Notes: generated from the sequence alone by a model not told the origin. A stretch of DNA of 64,000 nucleotides from an uncultured Acidobacteriota bacterium (GCA_963719055.1 CAVRAU010000023.1:71790-135789); one strand, 5' to 3'. Shown: positions 31,127-41,157, counted from the first letter of the stretch. Numbers and translations: made by a program.

Positions 31127-31887
31127 ACTTTTCGTGCCACCCAGTAGGCCAGCAGGTGAGTGGAATCGCGGTGATGGCGTAGGCCACGAACTTGGCGAAG
31201 AGATTGCCGATCACCAGACCCTCGATCCCAAAGAGGATCAAACCGAGCACCGCGACCAGGACAAAGGGACTCTCGGCCTTCTCCGGGTAGACACTCGCCA
31301 ACACCTGGCCTGTCGAGGCATCGACCGCCGCATGAAAGGTCTTGCCCTCGAATGTGTAGCGACACTTCCAGAAGGGCACCCTCACCAGTGCGGTCTCGTG
31401 GATTTCTCCAACCTGCCGTTGCTCCAGCCAACCCACGGCCGTCTCCAGGGGTACCTGGACGTCGATGACCTGCATGTCGTCCTCTTCAGGCCGATAGGGT
31501 TCCAGACGACCCGCAGGGATCGACAGCTCCGTCACCTGGGGAATCGGAGTCGGTGCCGCGGGCTCGAAGAACACCCGTCTCCGCTCCGGATTCGGAGGTG
31601 CGAAACAACCAGACAGGGAAGGAGACGGCCTCGAGACCCTCGATGTGCGGCCTTGCGATCCAGATCCTTGACGGTGTCGTTCCCCGCCATCCAGCGCCGC
31701 AGTGCCGCGGTCGCCTCCTCCTCGGCCAGCAGAGGAGGCAGTCGGTAGTGGAAGACGACCTGGGCTCGATCGACAAACAGGGTGGTGTCGCAGAAGACAC
31801 AGGTCACGAACCGGTGACCCGTGGGCACCTCGTTCTTGCCCCCACACTGGGAACAGAGAACGGAGGAACCGCTCTCCTCCGGACGAC
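31115..31887 (-). CDS. Zinc-ribbon membrane protein X1 (paralog of X2/X3). At least two frameshifts at about 31590-31650. The 3' end is uncertain (possibly about 31120, or as far as 30879).
   Basis: Probable GTG start 20 nt after the SPFH stop. CSQCGG...CVFCDT zinc ribbon, ATAALRRWMAG, VSFPVWLFR (in a third frame), LVRVPFWKCRYTFEGKTFHAAVDASTGQVLASVYPEKA, then a TM helix FVLVAVLGLILFGIEGLVIGNLFAKFVAYAI. Confidence 0.45.
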
Positions 31888-31903
31888 TGGAGTCCACCTC
31901 GAA

Positions 31904-32961
31904 CCCCGTCTGTCTAGCCGCCCACCTTCGTACCGCAGGCAGGGCAGAATTTCGCCGCTTCCGGCAGCTTGCCACCACACTGATGACAGAACGCCGCACC
32001 AGCAGCGGCGGCCGCCGCACGGCAGCAGCGGCGCCACTACCGGAGTCCTGCGCCGGAGGAGCAGCTGGCGATTCGCCGCCACCGCCCGCCGGCGCCGGCT
32101 GACCGCCCTGGTCCTGCATGGCTTCCTTCATCATCTGCGGCAGCATCATCCCCATGCCGGCCCCCATGCCCACTCCCAGACCGGCCCCGACACCACCGCC
32201 GGTCTCGCCACCGGTGTTTTGTGCCGCATCGCCCATGGCCTTGGCGGCCTTGAACTTCATGTAGGCGTTCATATCGCCTACGGCAGCCATGCCAGCGCGC
32301 TCGTCGATGAGCTTCTGGACCTCGTTCGGCGGCGTGATGGCGCCCAGATACATATCCACCAGCTCGATACCGTACTTGCTGAAGTCGTCGGCAACCCTGG
32401 ACTTGAGCGCCATTCCCAACTCATCGTAGACCTTGGGCAAGTCGAAAATCGACTGCAGATTCTCGCCCAAGTACGTCGGTCAGACGAGCCACGATCACAT
32501 CTTTGTAGTACGACTCCACACCATCGGTGGTGTACACATCGTTGGTCCCGACAATCGTGTTGACGAACAGCTGGGAATTCGTGATGCGGACCGCGAACTT
32601 GCCGAAGGCCCGCAGACGGACCATCGCCAGCTCGCTGTCTCGATACGCCACCGGCTCCTTGGTTCCCCATTTGAGATCCAGAAAGGTCTTGGTGGAGACG
32701 AAGACAACAGCTGCCTGGAACGGCGACTTGCCCTCGAAGGGGATACCTAGCAGCTTGGTCAGGAAAGGCAGGTTCTGTGTTGCCAGGGTATGGCGTCCCG
32801 GGCCGAAGGTGTCGAGGGCCTTGCCATCCCGAAAAAAGACCGCCTGCTGGCTCTCTTCGACGACCAACTGACTGCCTAGTCTTGATGGCCGCGGTCCCCT
32901 GCCGCGGCACCCGGGCCACCATGGTCTGACCCGTGGGGTCGACGTATTGAATCACTTTCAT
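31904..32961 (-). CDS. SPFH/band-7 (flotillin-like) protein with C-terminal zinc ribbon. Three apparent frameshifts (about 32870, about 32450, about 32015).
   Basis: AAGGAG RBS 7 nt before ATG (MKVIQYVDPTGQTMVARVP...). SPFH core VVEESQQAVFFRDGKALDTFGPGRHTLATQNLPFL...VRLRAFGKFAVRI, then Gly/Met-rich linker. By hand translation, a zinc ribbon AFCHQCGGKLPEAAKFCPACGTKVGG-stop sits in a fourth frame. Pieces lie in ORFs 32278..33060, 32421..32867 and 31532..32470. Confidence 0.68.
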
Positions 32962-32992
32962 GATGAGTTCTCCTTGTCGGTACGCTGATCGC

Positions 32993-33520
32993 TCAACGGG
33001 AGGTCTTGACGATGTTGTTGATGATGGTTCCGCGTCCGGACCACCGCTCTTCCAGGTCACTCAGCTTCTGCAGTGCGGCTTCGACACCCGCCTCCGGATC
33101 ACCCTGTCCCGGGGTCGGAATGGCTGACAGCGAACCCGTCAGATCCTCGATCTCTCCGAGCAGCGACAGATCGAATTCATAGACCTTCTCCAACTCCACT
33201 TCGCCGATCTTCTCGACGTCGAAGAATCCCGTCACTCCATAGTCGCTGAACCGAATCGCCTGCGACAAGCCATCGAGCCGGCGATCGAGACGATCGAACA
33301 GGTGCAGAGAGCCGATCTGCGCGGCATCGGTGTAGGCTCGAGCTCGATCCCTCACGACCCCCTTGAGGTCGGCGATCGACCCCGCCAGATATTCCCGCTG
33401 CATCTTGTCGACTTCCCGCCGTAGCTCCCGGTCTTGAAAGCCACGAAATCCGGGAATCTTCTCTCCCAGGCGCTCCAGCCAGTTGCGTTGCGCCTTGGCT
33501 TCGTCAAATCCATTGGTCAT
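32993..33520 (-). CDS. Hypothetical helical protein (175 aa), first gene of the operon
   Basis: GGAGAA RBS before ATG. Charged helical sequence. Lower-GC putative promoter region upstream (33521-33613). No family recognised. Confidence 0.5.
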   Translation of the reverse strand: MTNGFDEAKAQRNWLERLGEKIPGFRGFQDRELRREVDKMQREYLAGSIADLKGVVRDRARAYTDAAQIGSLHLFDRLDRRLDGLSQAIRFSDYGVTGFFDVEKIGEVELEKVYEFDLSLLGEIEDLTGSLSAIPTPGQGDPEAGVEAALQKLSDLEERWSGRGTIINNIVKTSR

Positions 33521-33613
33521 CGGTTTTGTTCTCCAGTTGAGTTGGACTGTGCAGACATGCTAGCAAAGGGCCTCTTCTCTGGCTTCACTGCAGACTACGT
33601 TCGTGAAGGCACC

Positions 33614-34189
33614 CTATTCACGCTGCCTCGCCCAATCCATCAGCTTGACGGAGGCCACGCTGATCAGGGCGGCGACGGCGTTGAAGGTCACATCCCGAAC
33701 ATCGTAGACCCGATTGGGCAAGATGGCCTGGATCCCTTCGTCGAGCCAGCCGATGATGCCGGTACTAACGACAGCGGTCGCAAACGGCTGTAGGCGAGCG
33801 ACTCGATCCCCGACATCGATGCCGGTTTCGACCAGCCTGGCTCGGCGCTCGCAGAGAGCCAGATAGATCAGGGCCGCTACCACCCCATACTCCAGAAAAT
33901 GCAGCCGTTCCTCCGGCATCATGGGAATCGCCGTCAGCAGTGCGAGATAGCCCGCCCCGATGACACCTGTGGTGACCAAGGCCCGCCACCCCGCACGGAT
34001 CGCGAAAAGACGCCAGGTAACCAGACTCCCTGCCGCGAGAAAAGACAGCGCCACCGCCAGACGGAGAAGATTCCGTTCCCGGAGCAGCTCCGCTGCGGGC
34101 CGCGCGATGTAGAGAGACGAGTAGATCAACAACGTGCAGAGGCCGGCCGCGAACCAGAGGCGTTTCTCACGCCTGGAAGCAAAGACCAT
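33614..34189 (-). CDS. VanZ-like membrane protein
   Basis: Four hydrophobic helices and a VanZ-like WLDEGIQAILPNRVYDVRDVTFNAVAALI segment. Directly downstream of ftsZ. Confidence 0.6.
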   Translation of the reverse strand: MVFASRREKRLWFAAGLCTLLIYSSLYIARPAAELLRERNLLRLAVALSFLAAGSLVTWRLFAIRAGWRALVTTGVIGAGYLALLTAIPMMPEERLHFLEYGVVAALIYLALCERRARLVETGIDVGDRVARLQPFATAVVSTGIIGWLDEGIQAILPNRVYDVRDVTFNAVAALISVASVKLMDWARQRE

Positions 34190-34247
34190 CTGGCCAGCGA
34201 CCGACCCCTGCGGAGCACGGAAGAAGGAGGTTTACGCGCAATCGGCT

Positions 34248-35522
34248 CTAGTCCATCTGCTTGCGAAGCACCGTGGGGATATCGAAATCGTCCACGTTTG
34301 ACCAGTTTGGACCGTAACCGTTCGGATCATCGTTCTGAGCTTGAGCGATGACCTTGCGATAGAAGGGAATGTCCTCCCCCTCCTCTTCCGCCATCACAGC
34401 TGGCTCGGGCAGCGGCTCGTCGTAGACCGGCCCGCTTTCAGCCTCGAAAGACTGCTGGACGGGGCGCGCTGGCAGACGGGCCCCGGTTTGCTCGCCGCCA
34501 AATCCGGTGGCGATGACCGTCACCTTCATGTTCTCGTCCATGTCCTCGCGCACGACCAGACCCGAGATGATGTTGGCTGTCGGATCGACCGCCTCGGCGA
34601 TGACCCGCGCCGCCTCGTCCACCTCGTGCAGGCTGAGATCCATGCCGCCGGAGATATTCAGCAGCACTCCCTTCGCACCCTCGATGGAGGTCTCCTCCAA
34701 CAAGGGCGACGAGATCGCTCGCTGGGCGGCCTCGAGGGCCCGATTCTCGCCCTTGGCGATGCCCGTTCCCATCAGCGCCATGCCCATGCCGGTCATGATC
34801 GTTTTGACATCGGCGAAATCCACATTCACCTCGCCCGGAACCGTGATCAGATCGCTGATGCCCTGCACGGCCTGCCGCAGAACGTCGTCGGCGATCCGAA
34901 AGGCCTCGGTCAGCGGCGTACCCCGTTCGACAAAGCTGAGAAGGCGCTCGTTGGGAATGGTGATGAGGGTATCTACCGCCTCCCGCAACTCCTCGACACC
35001 GCGCTCCGCCAGTTCCTGACGCCGGCGTCCTTCGAAAGAGAAGGGCTTGGTGACGACGGCCACCGTCAAGGCTCCCAGCTCAGAAGCCAGGGAGGCAAAG
35101 ATGGGCAGAGCACCCGTCCCGGTGCCGCCTCCGAGTCCAGCCGTCAGAAATACCATGTCGGCGCCGTCGAGAAGCTCGAGAATGCGCTCGGTATCCTCCA
35201 GAGCCGACTTGCGACCGATCTCCGGATCGCCTCCGGCTCCCAGTCCCCGGGTCAGGGAGGAACCGAGTTGCACCTTGACCGGCGCCCGGCCACCTCGCAA
35301 GGCCTGCAGATCGGTGTTGCCGGCAATGAACTCGATGCCTCTCATCTTGCAGTCGATCATCCGGTTGACGGCGTTGCCACCGCCACCGCCAACCCCTACC
35401 ACTTTGATTCTCGCGGGGACGCTCTCGGCCTCTTCGATGGTAATGGACAGGCCGGGCTCCATCTCCTGGTCGTCGAATAAGATCATTTCGCTGTTCTCCT
35501 TCCGTGCTCCGTTGACGCTCAT
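34248..35522 (-). CDS. ftsZ: Cell division GTPase FtsZ
   Basis: Tubulin signature [15 protein letters not shown] plus NTDLQAL and [11 protein letters not shown]. Start could be the internal ATG at about 35489. Confidence 0.93.
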   Translation of the reverse strand: MSVNGARKENSEMILFDDQEMEPGLSITIEEAESVPARIKVVGVGGGGGNAVNRMIDCKMRGIEFIAGNTDLQALRGGRAPVKVQLGSSLTRGLGAGGDPEIGRKSALEDTERILELLDGADMVFLTAGLGGGTGTGALPIFASLASELGALTVAVVTKPFSFEGRRRQELAERGVEELREAVDTLITIPNERLLSFVERGTPLTEAFRIADDVLRQAVQGISDLITVPGEVNVDFADVKTIMTGMGMALMGTGIAKGENRALEAAQRAISSPLLEETSIEGAKGVLLNISGGMDLSLHEVDEAARVIAEAVDPTANIISGLVVREDMDENMKVTVIATGFGGEQTGARLPARPVQQSFEAESGPVYDEPLPEPAVMAEEEGEDIPFYRKVIAQAQNDDPNGYGPNWSNVDDFDIPTVLRKQMD

Positions 35523-36769
35523 AAAAGATCAGAAAACATGCCGCGGATGCTGGTCATCATGCCGCGCATGGTGAATCCGGTTGTTCCCACTCGCCGCATA
35601 CGGTCGGCAGAGGCCTGGGCATACTGCAGCAGCCCTGAGGCGGCGGACCAGGTCGGGCAACTGATCACATCCACCAAGCCACCCAGTCCCTGGGGCAGTC
35701 CGTAGCGAACCGTACAATTGAAGATCTGCTCGGTCATCTCGAGCAGACCGTCCAGTTGGGCCCCTCCTCCCGTCAGAATGAGGCCACCACGCAGCGTCTC
35801 GTCCGCACCGTTCTTGATCAAGTCTTCACGGACGAGAGTGAGAATCTCTTCGGCTCGGGGTTGCAGGATGCCGCAAAGCTCGCGCTTGGGAACCACCCTG
35901 GCGAGGCCGCCGGCCACTGTGGGAACCGAGATGCCCTCTTCTTCGCTCACCAGCCCTTCGAGGCAACAGCCGTGGCGCGTTTTGATGTTCTCGGCCTCGG
36001 CGAAGGGAGTGCGCAGAACCATGGCCAGGTCGTTGGTGAAGTGTCCGGCTCCGATCGGCAGCACAGCGCTATGCTGAACCTCGCCTTCCGAATAGTTGGC
36101 GTATTCGGTCGTACCGCAGCCGATATCCACGAGCAGCGCGCCGAGCTCGCGCTCGTCATGCGTGAGCACCGCCTCGGCCGTGGCCAAGGGCTCGAAGACC
36201 AGCTCGGCGACCTCGATGCCGGCGCGGTTGACGCAGGTCATCAGGGTCTTGCGCCGCGTGATGTTGCCGGTCACCAGATGGACGGCCACCTCGAGACGGC
36301 TGCCGAGCATTCCCAGAGGATCGTTGATGCCACCCTGCTCATCGACGATGAACTCCTGGGGAATGGCGTGGATGATCTCCCGGTCCGACGGCAACGCCGC
36401 CGACTGGGCGGCCTCCAGAACTCTGGCGATATCCTGTTGGGTGATCTCCCGATCCTGGTCCTTTCTGGCCACGGAAACCATGCCGCGAGAGTTGATACTC
36501 CGCACATCGGTTCCGGCAACGCCGACAAACGCCCTGGAGACTTCGATGCCGGCCATCACCTCCGCTTCCTCTGAAGCTTGCTTCAGGGCTTCCATCGTCG
36601 ATTCCACGTTGACGATGTTGCCTTTCCGGGTTCCTCGGTTAGGGGCCTGACCCTTGCCCACCACCTCGAGCTCGCCCTGGTCGTCTCGTTGACCGATCAG
36701 AACGCCGATCTTCGAGGATCCGATATCGATGGCTACCAAGTACGGGTCCACTTTCGGCATCAACCTCAC
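35519..36769 (-). CDS. ftsA: Cell division protein FtsA
   Basis: Actin-like ATPase: [26 protein letters not shown]. 416 aa. Confidence 0.9.
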   Translation of the reverse strand: MRLMPKVDPYLVAIDIGSSKIGVLIGQRDDQGELEVVGKGQAPNRGTRKGNIVNVESTMEALKQASEEAEVMAGIEVSRAFVGVAGTDVRSINSRGMVSVARKDQDREITQQDIARVLEAAQSAALPSDREIIHAIPQEFIVDEQGGINDPLGMLGSRLEVAVHLVTGNITRRKTLMTCVNRAGIEVAELVFEPLATAEAVLTHDERELGALLVDIGCGTTEYANYSEGEVQHSAVLPIGAGHFTNDLAMVLRTPFAEAENIKTRHGCCLEGLVSEEEGISVPTVAGGLARVVPKRELCGILQPRAEEILTLVREDLIKNGADETLRGGLILTGGGAQLDGLLEMTEQIFNCTVRYGLPQGLGGLVDVISCPTWSAASGLLQYAQASADRMRRVGTTGFTMRGMMTSIRGMFSDLL

Positions 36770-37573
36770 CCCTCCTGACTGCGCGGATCGCCCGCGGGTT
36801 GGATAACTATCTGACGAGAGAATCGAAGATCCACTGCCTCGACCGAGGCGAATCGCCGGGAGATCTCTGGCAGCAGTGCAACGAGCTTGTCGATTTGTTC
36901 TGCCACGTCCCCAGCACTGACAAGGATCGGAAAATCCAGACCTGCGGTGTAGATTCGATAGTCACCCAGGCCCATCACCTCGATTTCCGAGAGCCCCCGG
37001 CTGATCTCGGGAGCCAGTCGCTCCAGACTGGCTGCCATCTCCAGAGCCGGCGCCACCTCCAGAGCTGCCCCAGGTGCCACACTCAGAAGAACGAGATCGA
37101 CTGGACCCTCGAGATCGTAGGCGCCAATGACGAAGCCATCGCCGTCGACATAGAAGAGCTCACCGTCGCTGACGCAACAGCGCTACCGGCAATCGTTCCT
37201 CGATCTGCACTACCAATCCGTCTGGAAGCTCTTTGCGAATCGCTGCGCTCTTGACCCAGGGATTCCCGGTCAGCCTGCCCTCGACGTCCTCCAGAGAAAG
37301 GCTCAGAAGATGCCGACCACGCAATGGCGTCAGAGCCGCTGCGACCTCCTCGGTGGATATGTGGACCGTGGTGCCGATTTTCACCTGCTGGAGAAGAAAT
37401 CTCGGAGAGGTATAGATCCACAGGGCGGCCGCCAACGGCAGTCCAACCACAAGTACGGCCAGGAGAAAGGGCTTCAGCAGCATCAGAGTCCGGCTGCGCC
37501 GGCGGTGCGGCACGACGAATCGACGACGGCGGAAGGCACTCGAACGCTCGATGGTGAGTCGCTGCGTCGTCAT
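36766..37573 (-). CDS. ftsQ: Cell division protein FtsQ. Single frameshift at about 37165.
   Basis: TM helix plus POTRA domain in ORF 37160..37573. By hand translation, ...IEERLPVALLRQRR ends at a TGA while the -1 frame continues SDGELFYVDGDGFVIGAYDLEG... into ORF 36766..37080. Confidence 0.75.
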
Positions 37574-38961
37574 GCTGCGCCCTCCGCAGCCAGATCCTCG
37601 GCCAGCCGGTAGATGTCGCCCGCTCCCAGGGTCAACACCACATCCCCTTCGCCGACTTCGTCGACCAGCATCTCGCGAGCCTGATGCCAGTCGGCGCAGA
37701 GTTCCACGTGCCGATGCCCACTTCGACGCGCCGCATCCACCACCAACATCGAGTCGACCTCAGCGATCGGTTGCTCCCGCGACGGGTAGATGTCGGTCAC
37801 CAGCACAAAGTTGGCACCCAGTAGCGCCTTGCCGAACTCGCCGGCCAGATCGCGAGTGCGGGAGAACAGATGCGGCTGGAAGACCGCCACGATGCGAGCT
37901 TGGGGGAACGCCTGGCGAGCCGCCTCGAGGGTGGCCGCCACTTCCGTCGGATGGTGGGCATAGTCATCCACCACCAGTGCACCGCGCCAGGTTCCCCGAT
38001 GCTCGAAGCGCCGGTGGACCCCTGAGAAGCCCGCCAAGGCTCCGGCGATGGTCTGGAACTCGATCCCCAGGGACAGCCCCACCGCAATGGCAGCCAGGGA
38101 ATTGCGCACGTTGTGGTCACCATGCATGGGTAGCACCACGTCTCCCAGGTCGCCTTGCCCGTTGTTGCGCACCGTAAATCGGGAACCTTCTGAGGTGGGC
38201 TCCGGATCGATGGCTCTGAGATTGGCTTGTGGCGACAGGCCGTAGGTCACGACTCGACGCCCGGCGAGCCGCGGCAACATCTCCTGGATGTTGGGGTCGT
38301 CCAAACAGAGAATCGCCTGGCCAAAGAAAGGAACCTTGCTAGTGAACTCCAGAAAGGCCTTCTTGATGGCGCCGAGGTTGCCGTAGGTATCCAGATGATC
38401 CTGATCGATGGAGGTGACCACGCCGATGATGGGCTGCAGCCGCAGGAAGCTGCGATCGTATTCGTCAGCCTCGGCCACCAGATACTCGCTTTTGCCAAGA
38501 CGGGCCCCGGTTCCCGATACGCGCAAGCGCCCGCCGACGATGACGGTGGGATCGAGTCCCGCTTCCGTCAGCACCGCCCCGACGAGCGAGGTCGTGGTGG
38601 TCTTGCCATGGGTCCCCGCAACGGCGACCCCGTACTTGAGCCGCATCAACTCGCCCAGCATCTCCGCCCGCCGCACGATGGTGATATTCCGCTTCTCCGC
38701 TGCCTGGATCTCGGGGTTGTCTTGCGAGACGGCCGAAGAGATCACCACCAGATCCACATCCTCCAAGTGATCCTCCGAATGACCCACATGAACCGTCGCT
38801 CCCAGTTTCGCGAGTCGATCGGTGGTCTCGCTGGCAACCATGTCGCAGCCGCTGACCTCCAGGTCGTAGTCCAGCAGCACCTCCGCGATACCGCTCATAC
38901 CGGCACCACCGATACCGACAAAATGAACCTTGGAGAGATTGGCGAACTGGCGAAACATCAT
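37570..38961 (-). CDS. murC: UDP-N-acetylmuramate--L-alanine ligase
   Basis: VHFVGIGGAGMSGIAEVL and GTHGKTTTTSLV motifs. 463 aa. Confidence 0.9.
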   Translation of the reverse strand: MMFRQFANLSKVHFVGIGGAGMSGIAEVLLDYDLEVSGCDMVASETTDRLAKLGATVHVGHSEDHLEDVDLVVISSAVSQDNPEIQAAEKRNITIVRRAEMLGELMRLKYGVAVAGTHGKTTTTSLVGAVLTEAGLDPTVIVGGRLRVSGTGARLGKSEYLVAEADEYDRSFLRLQPIIGVVTSIDQDHLDTYGNLGAIKKAFLEFTSKVPFFGQAILCLDDPNIQEMLPRLAGRRVVTYGLSPQANLRAIDPEPTSEGSRFTVRNNGQGDLGDVVLPMHGDHNVRNSLAAIAVGLSLGIEFQTIAGALAGFSGVHRRFEHRGTWRGALVVDDYAHHPTEVAATLEAARQAFPQARIVAVFQPHLFSRTRDLAGEFGKALLGANFVLVTDIYPSREQPIAEVDSMLVVDAARRSGHRHVELCADWHQAREMLVDEVGEGDVVLTLGAGDIYRLAEDLAAEGAA

Positions 38962-40040
38962 TCGGCTCCCGCCACCTCGGCCAGAAGATCTGCGATATCG
39001 GCCGCCGCCTCGCGGCGGTAGAGCGACCGGCTGGCGTTCCCCATCTGCGTCAGGCCTTCGCGACTGGCAAGCAGCTCACCCACGACAGCAGCCACCTCTG
39101 GTGCTGTTGTCTGGCCGGAGAACATCCTGGCGCCACCCGTTGAGACCATGCGCCGAGCGTTGGCTACCTGGTGAGAACCGGCCAATCCCAACGGCAACAG
39201 CAGCGCGGCACGGCCGACCGCGCAGATCTCGGCCAGGGTGATCGCCCCGCCGCGAGAGATCACCAGGTGCGCGGCGCTCATCGCCCCGGCCATGTCTTTC
39301 AAAAACGGCACGATCCGGACATCCAGATCTGCAAGTGTGGGCTCTGCATAGGCCCGCTGCGCCTCTTCGACATGAGCCTCTCCCACCTGATGCGTCACCT
39401 CGAGATCGGGGTAGGCGGGAGCGATTTCGGCCAACGCCTCGGGCAGCAGCTCATTCAACTGTCTCGCTCCTTGGCTCCCCCCCAAAATCAGAATCCGCAG
39501 GGGACCCGTCTGGGCCGGGGGTTCGAAGGGGCCTTGGAATTCGCTCCGCACCGGGACACCGATCGCCTCGACACGGCATTTGAGATCTCGAGCTTCCTCC
39601 AGGCTGACAACCGCGGCGGCCGTTGCCCATCGGGACAACCATCGATTGGCGGTGCCGGTTGTCGCGTTGGGCTCCAAGAGGACCGCCGGCCGGCCCGCCA
39701 GCCTGGCGCCGAGCACCCCTGGAGCCGAGGCGTAGCCGCCCGTTCCCAGAACCACCTCGATACCCTGCCGGCGGATCAAGCTCCTCGCCTGCACCGCCGA
39801 GAGTGCCGTCCGACCCAGGGCCAAGACCCGCTGGGGCAACCCGCGGCCCACTACCGCCGCGGCCGGCAAGCCGTAGTAGGGCATCCCGTGATCTGTCACC
39901 AAGCTCTTCTCCATGCCCCGGACTCGTCCCAACCAACTCACCTGGCAATCCCTTTCCGCCAGCTCGCGCACCACGGCCAGCGCGGGGAAAACGTGTCCCC
40001 CGCTACCGCCCCCTGCCACCAGCACATGCCCGAGACCCAT
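38958..40040 (-). CDS. murG: Undecaprenyldiphospho-muramoylpentapeptide beta-N-acetylglucosaminyltransferase
   Basis: VLVAGGGSGGHVFPALAV N-terminus. 360 aa. Confidence 0.9.
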   Translation of the reverse strand: MGLGHVLVAGGGSGGHVFPALAVVRELAERDCQVSWLGRVRGMEKSLVTDHGMPYYGLPAAAVVGRGLPQRVLALGRTALSAVQARSLIRRQGIEVVLGTGGYASAPGVLGARLAGRPAVLLEPNATTGTANRWLSRWATAAAVVSLEEARDLKCRVEAIGVPVRSEFQGPFEPPAQTGPLRILILGGSQGARQLNELLPEALAEIAPAYPDLEVTHQVGEAHVEEAQRAYAEPTLADLDVRIVPFLKDMAGAMSAAHLVISRGGAITLAEICAVGRAALLLPLGLAGSHQVANARRMVSTGGARMFSGQTTAPEVAAVVGELLASREGLTQMGNASRSLYRREAAADIADLLAEVAGAE

Positions 40041-40074
40041 ACACTCCTAACCATTCGAAATTTTCGACTCGCTC

Positions 40075-41157
40075 TCATCCGTGTTGCGAGATATTCAACA
40101 AGACTCCACATGCCGCCAAGCTCACCACCAGCGACGAGCCGCCGTAGGAGAGGAACGGCAATGGAATTCCCTTTGTCGGCATGAGAGCCAGGGCGACGCT
40201 CATATGAATCAGCGCCTGGAGGACCAAAACCCCCGTCAGCCCCCATGCCAGATAGCGACCAAACACATCGGGTGCCCGCCAACCGGTGCGCAGACCCCGC
40301 CAAGTAAAGACACCGAAAAGACCCAATACCCCTACCCCGCCGACCAGCCCCAATTCCTCGCCCACAATGGAATAGACGAAGTCGGAATGGGGGTGGGGCA
40401 GAAAATAGAGCTTTTGCAAGCTCTCCCCCAGACCCCGTCCCAGGACGCCTCCCGAGCCGATGGCGATCAGGGATTGACGTGCCTGATAGCCGGAGCGCAG
40501 AGGCTCGAGATCGGGATCGAGAAACGACATCAATCGCTGCCGGCGATAGGGCACCGAATAGATCAGAAACCACAGAGCGGGCAACAGGGCGACAAAGGCT
40601 CCAGCGAAGTACCGCCACTCGACTCCGGCGAGAAAGAGCATGAGAATCGTGGTGCCACAGATCAAAACCGCGGTGCCGAGATCGGGTTGCAGGAGGATCA
40701 AGGCCGCCACCACACCCAACAGCAGGCCACAGGGAAGGATCAGATCGCGTGTCTCTCGATGCTCCTTCGATTGGATCTGATAGGCCACAAAGGCCACCAC
40801 CGCGAGCTTTGCCAGCTCCGATGGCTGGATCGAGACACCCCCGAGAAATAGCCAGCGACGGGTATTGTTGAGCTCTGGCGCAAAGAGAACCGCGACCAAC
40901 AAGACCAACACTCCACCCACCAGGGCGTACAACACCCGAGGCCGAAACAGGTGTCGGTAGTCGATGTGCATGGCCACCCACATCACCACCAGACCCAGAA
41001 GCGCCGCCAGCCCCTGTTTGACCAGGTACAGATTGAAACGATGCGACTGATCCCGCGCGAACGCGGCGCTGGCCGAGAAGACCGCGGTCAGACCTATGGC
41101 CACCAGAATCAGAATGGTGGTGAAGAGAACCTTGTCGAAGGCCAGTTTCTTAGCCAT
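40075..41157 (-). CDS. ftsW: Peptidoglycan glycosyltransferase FtsW (SEDS family)
   Basis: Polytopic SEDS-family membrane protein in the conserved dcw position. 360 aa. Confidence 0.85.
   Translation of the reverse strand: MAKKLAFDKVLFTTILILVAIGLTAVFSASAAFARDQSHRFNLYLVKQGLAALLGLVVMWVAMHIDYRHLFRPRVLYALVGGVLVLLVAVLFAPELNNTRRWLFLGGVSIQPSELAKLAVVAFVAYQIQSKEHRETRDLILPCGLLLGVVAALILLQPDLGTAVLICGTTILMLFLAGVEWRYFAGAFVALLPALWFLIYSVPYRRQRLMSFLDPDLEPLRSGYQARQSLIAIGSGGVLGRGLGESLQKLYFLPHPHSDFVYSIVGEELGLVGGVGVLGLFGVFTWRGLRTGWRAPDVFGRYLAWGLTGVLVLQALIHMSVALALMPTKGIPLPFLSYGGSSLVVSLAACGVLLNISQHG

Noticed and set aside
32993-33520. The 175-aa first operon gene as a PspA/IM30 (ESCRT-III-like) homologue
   Set aside because: Helical and charged, but too short and without the conserved PspA N-terminal amphipathic helix or heptad pattern. 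No basis for the assignment from sequence alone. Left as hypothetical.
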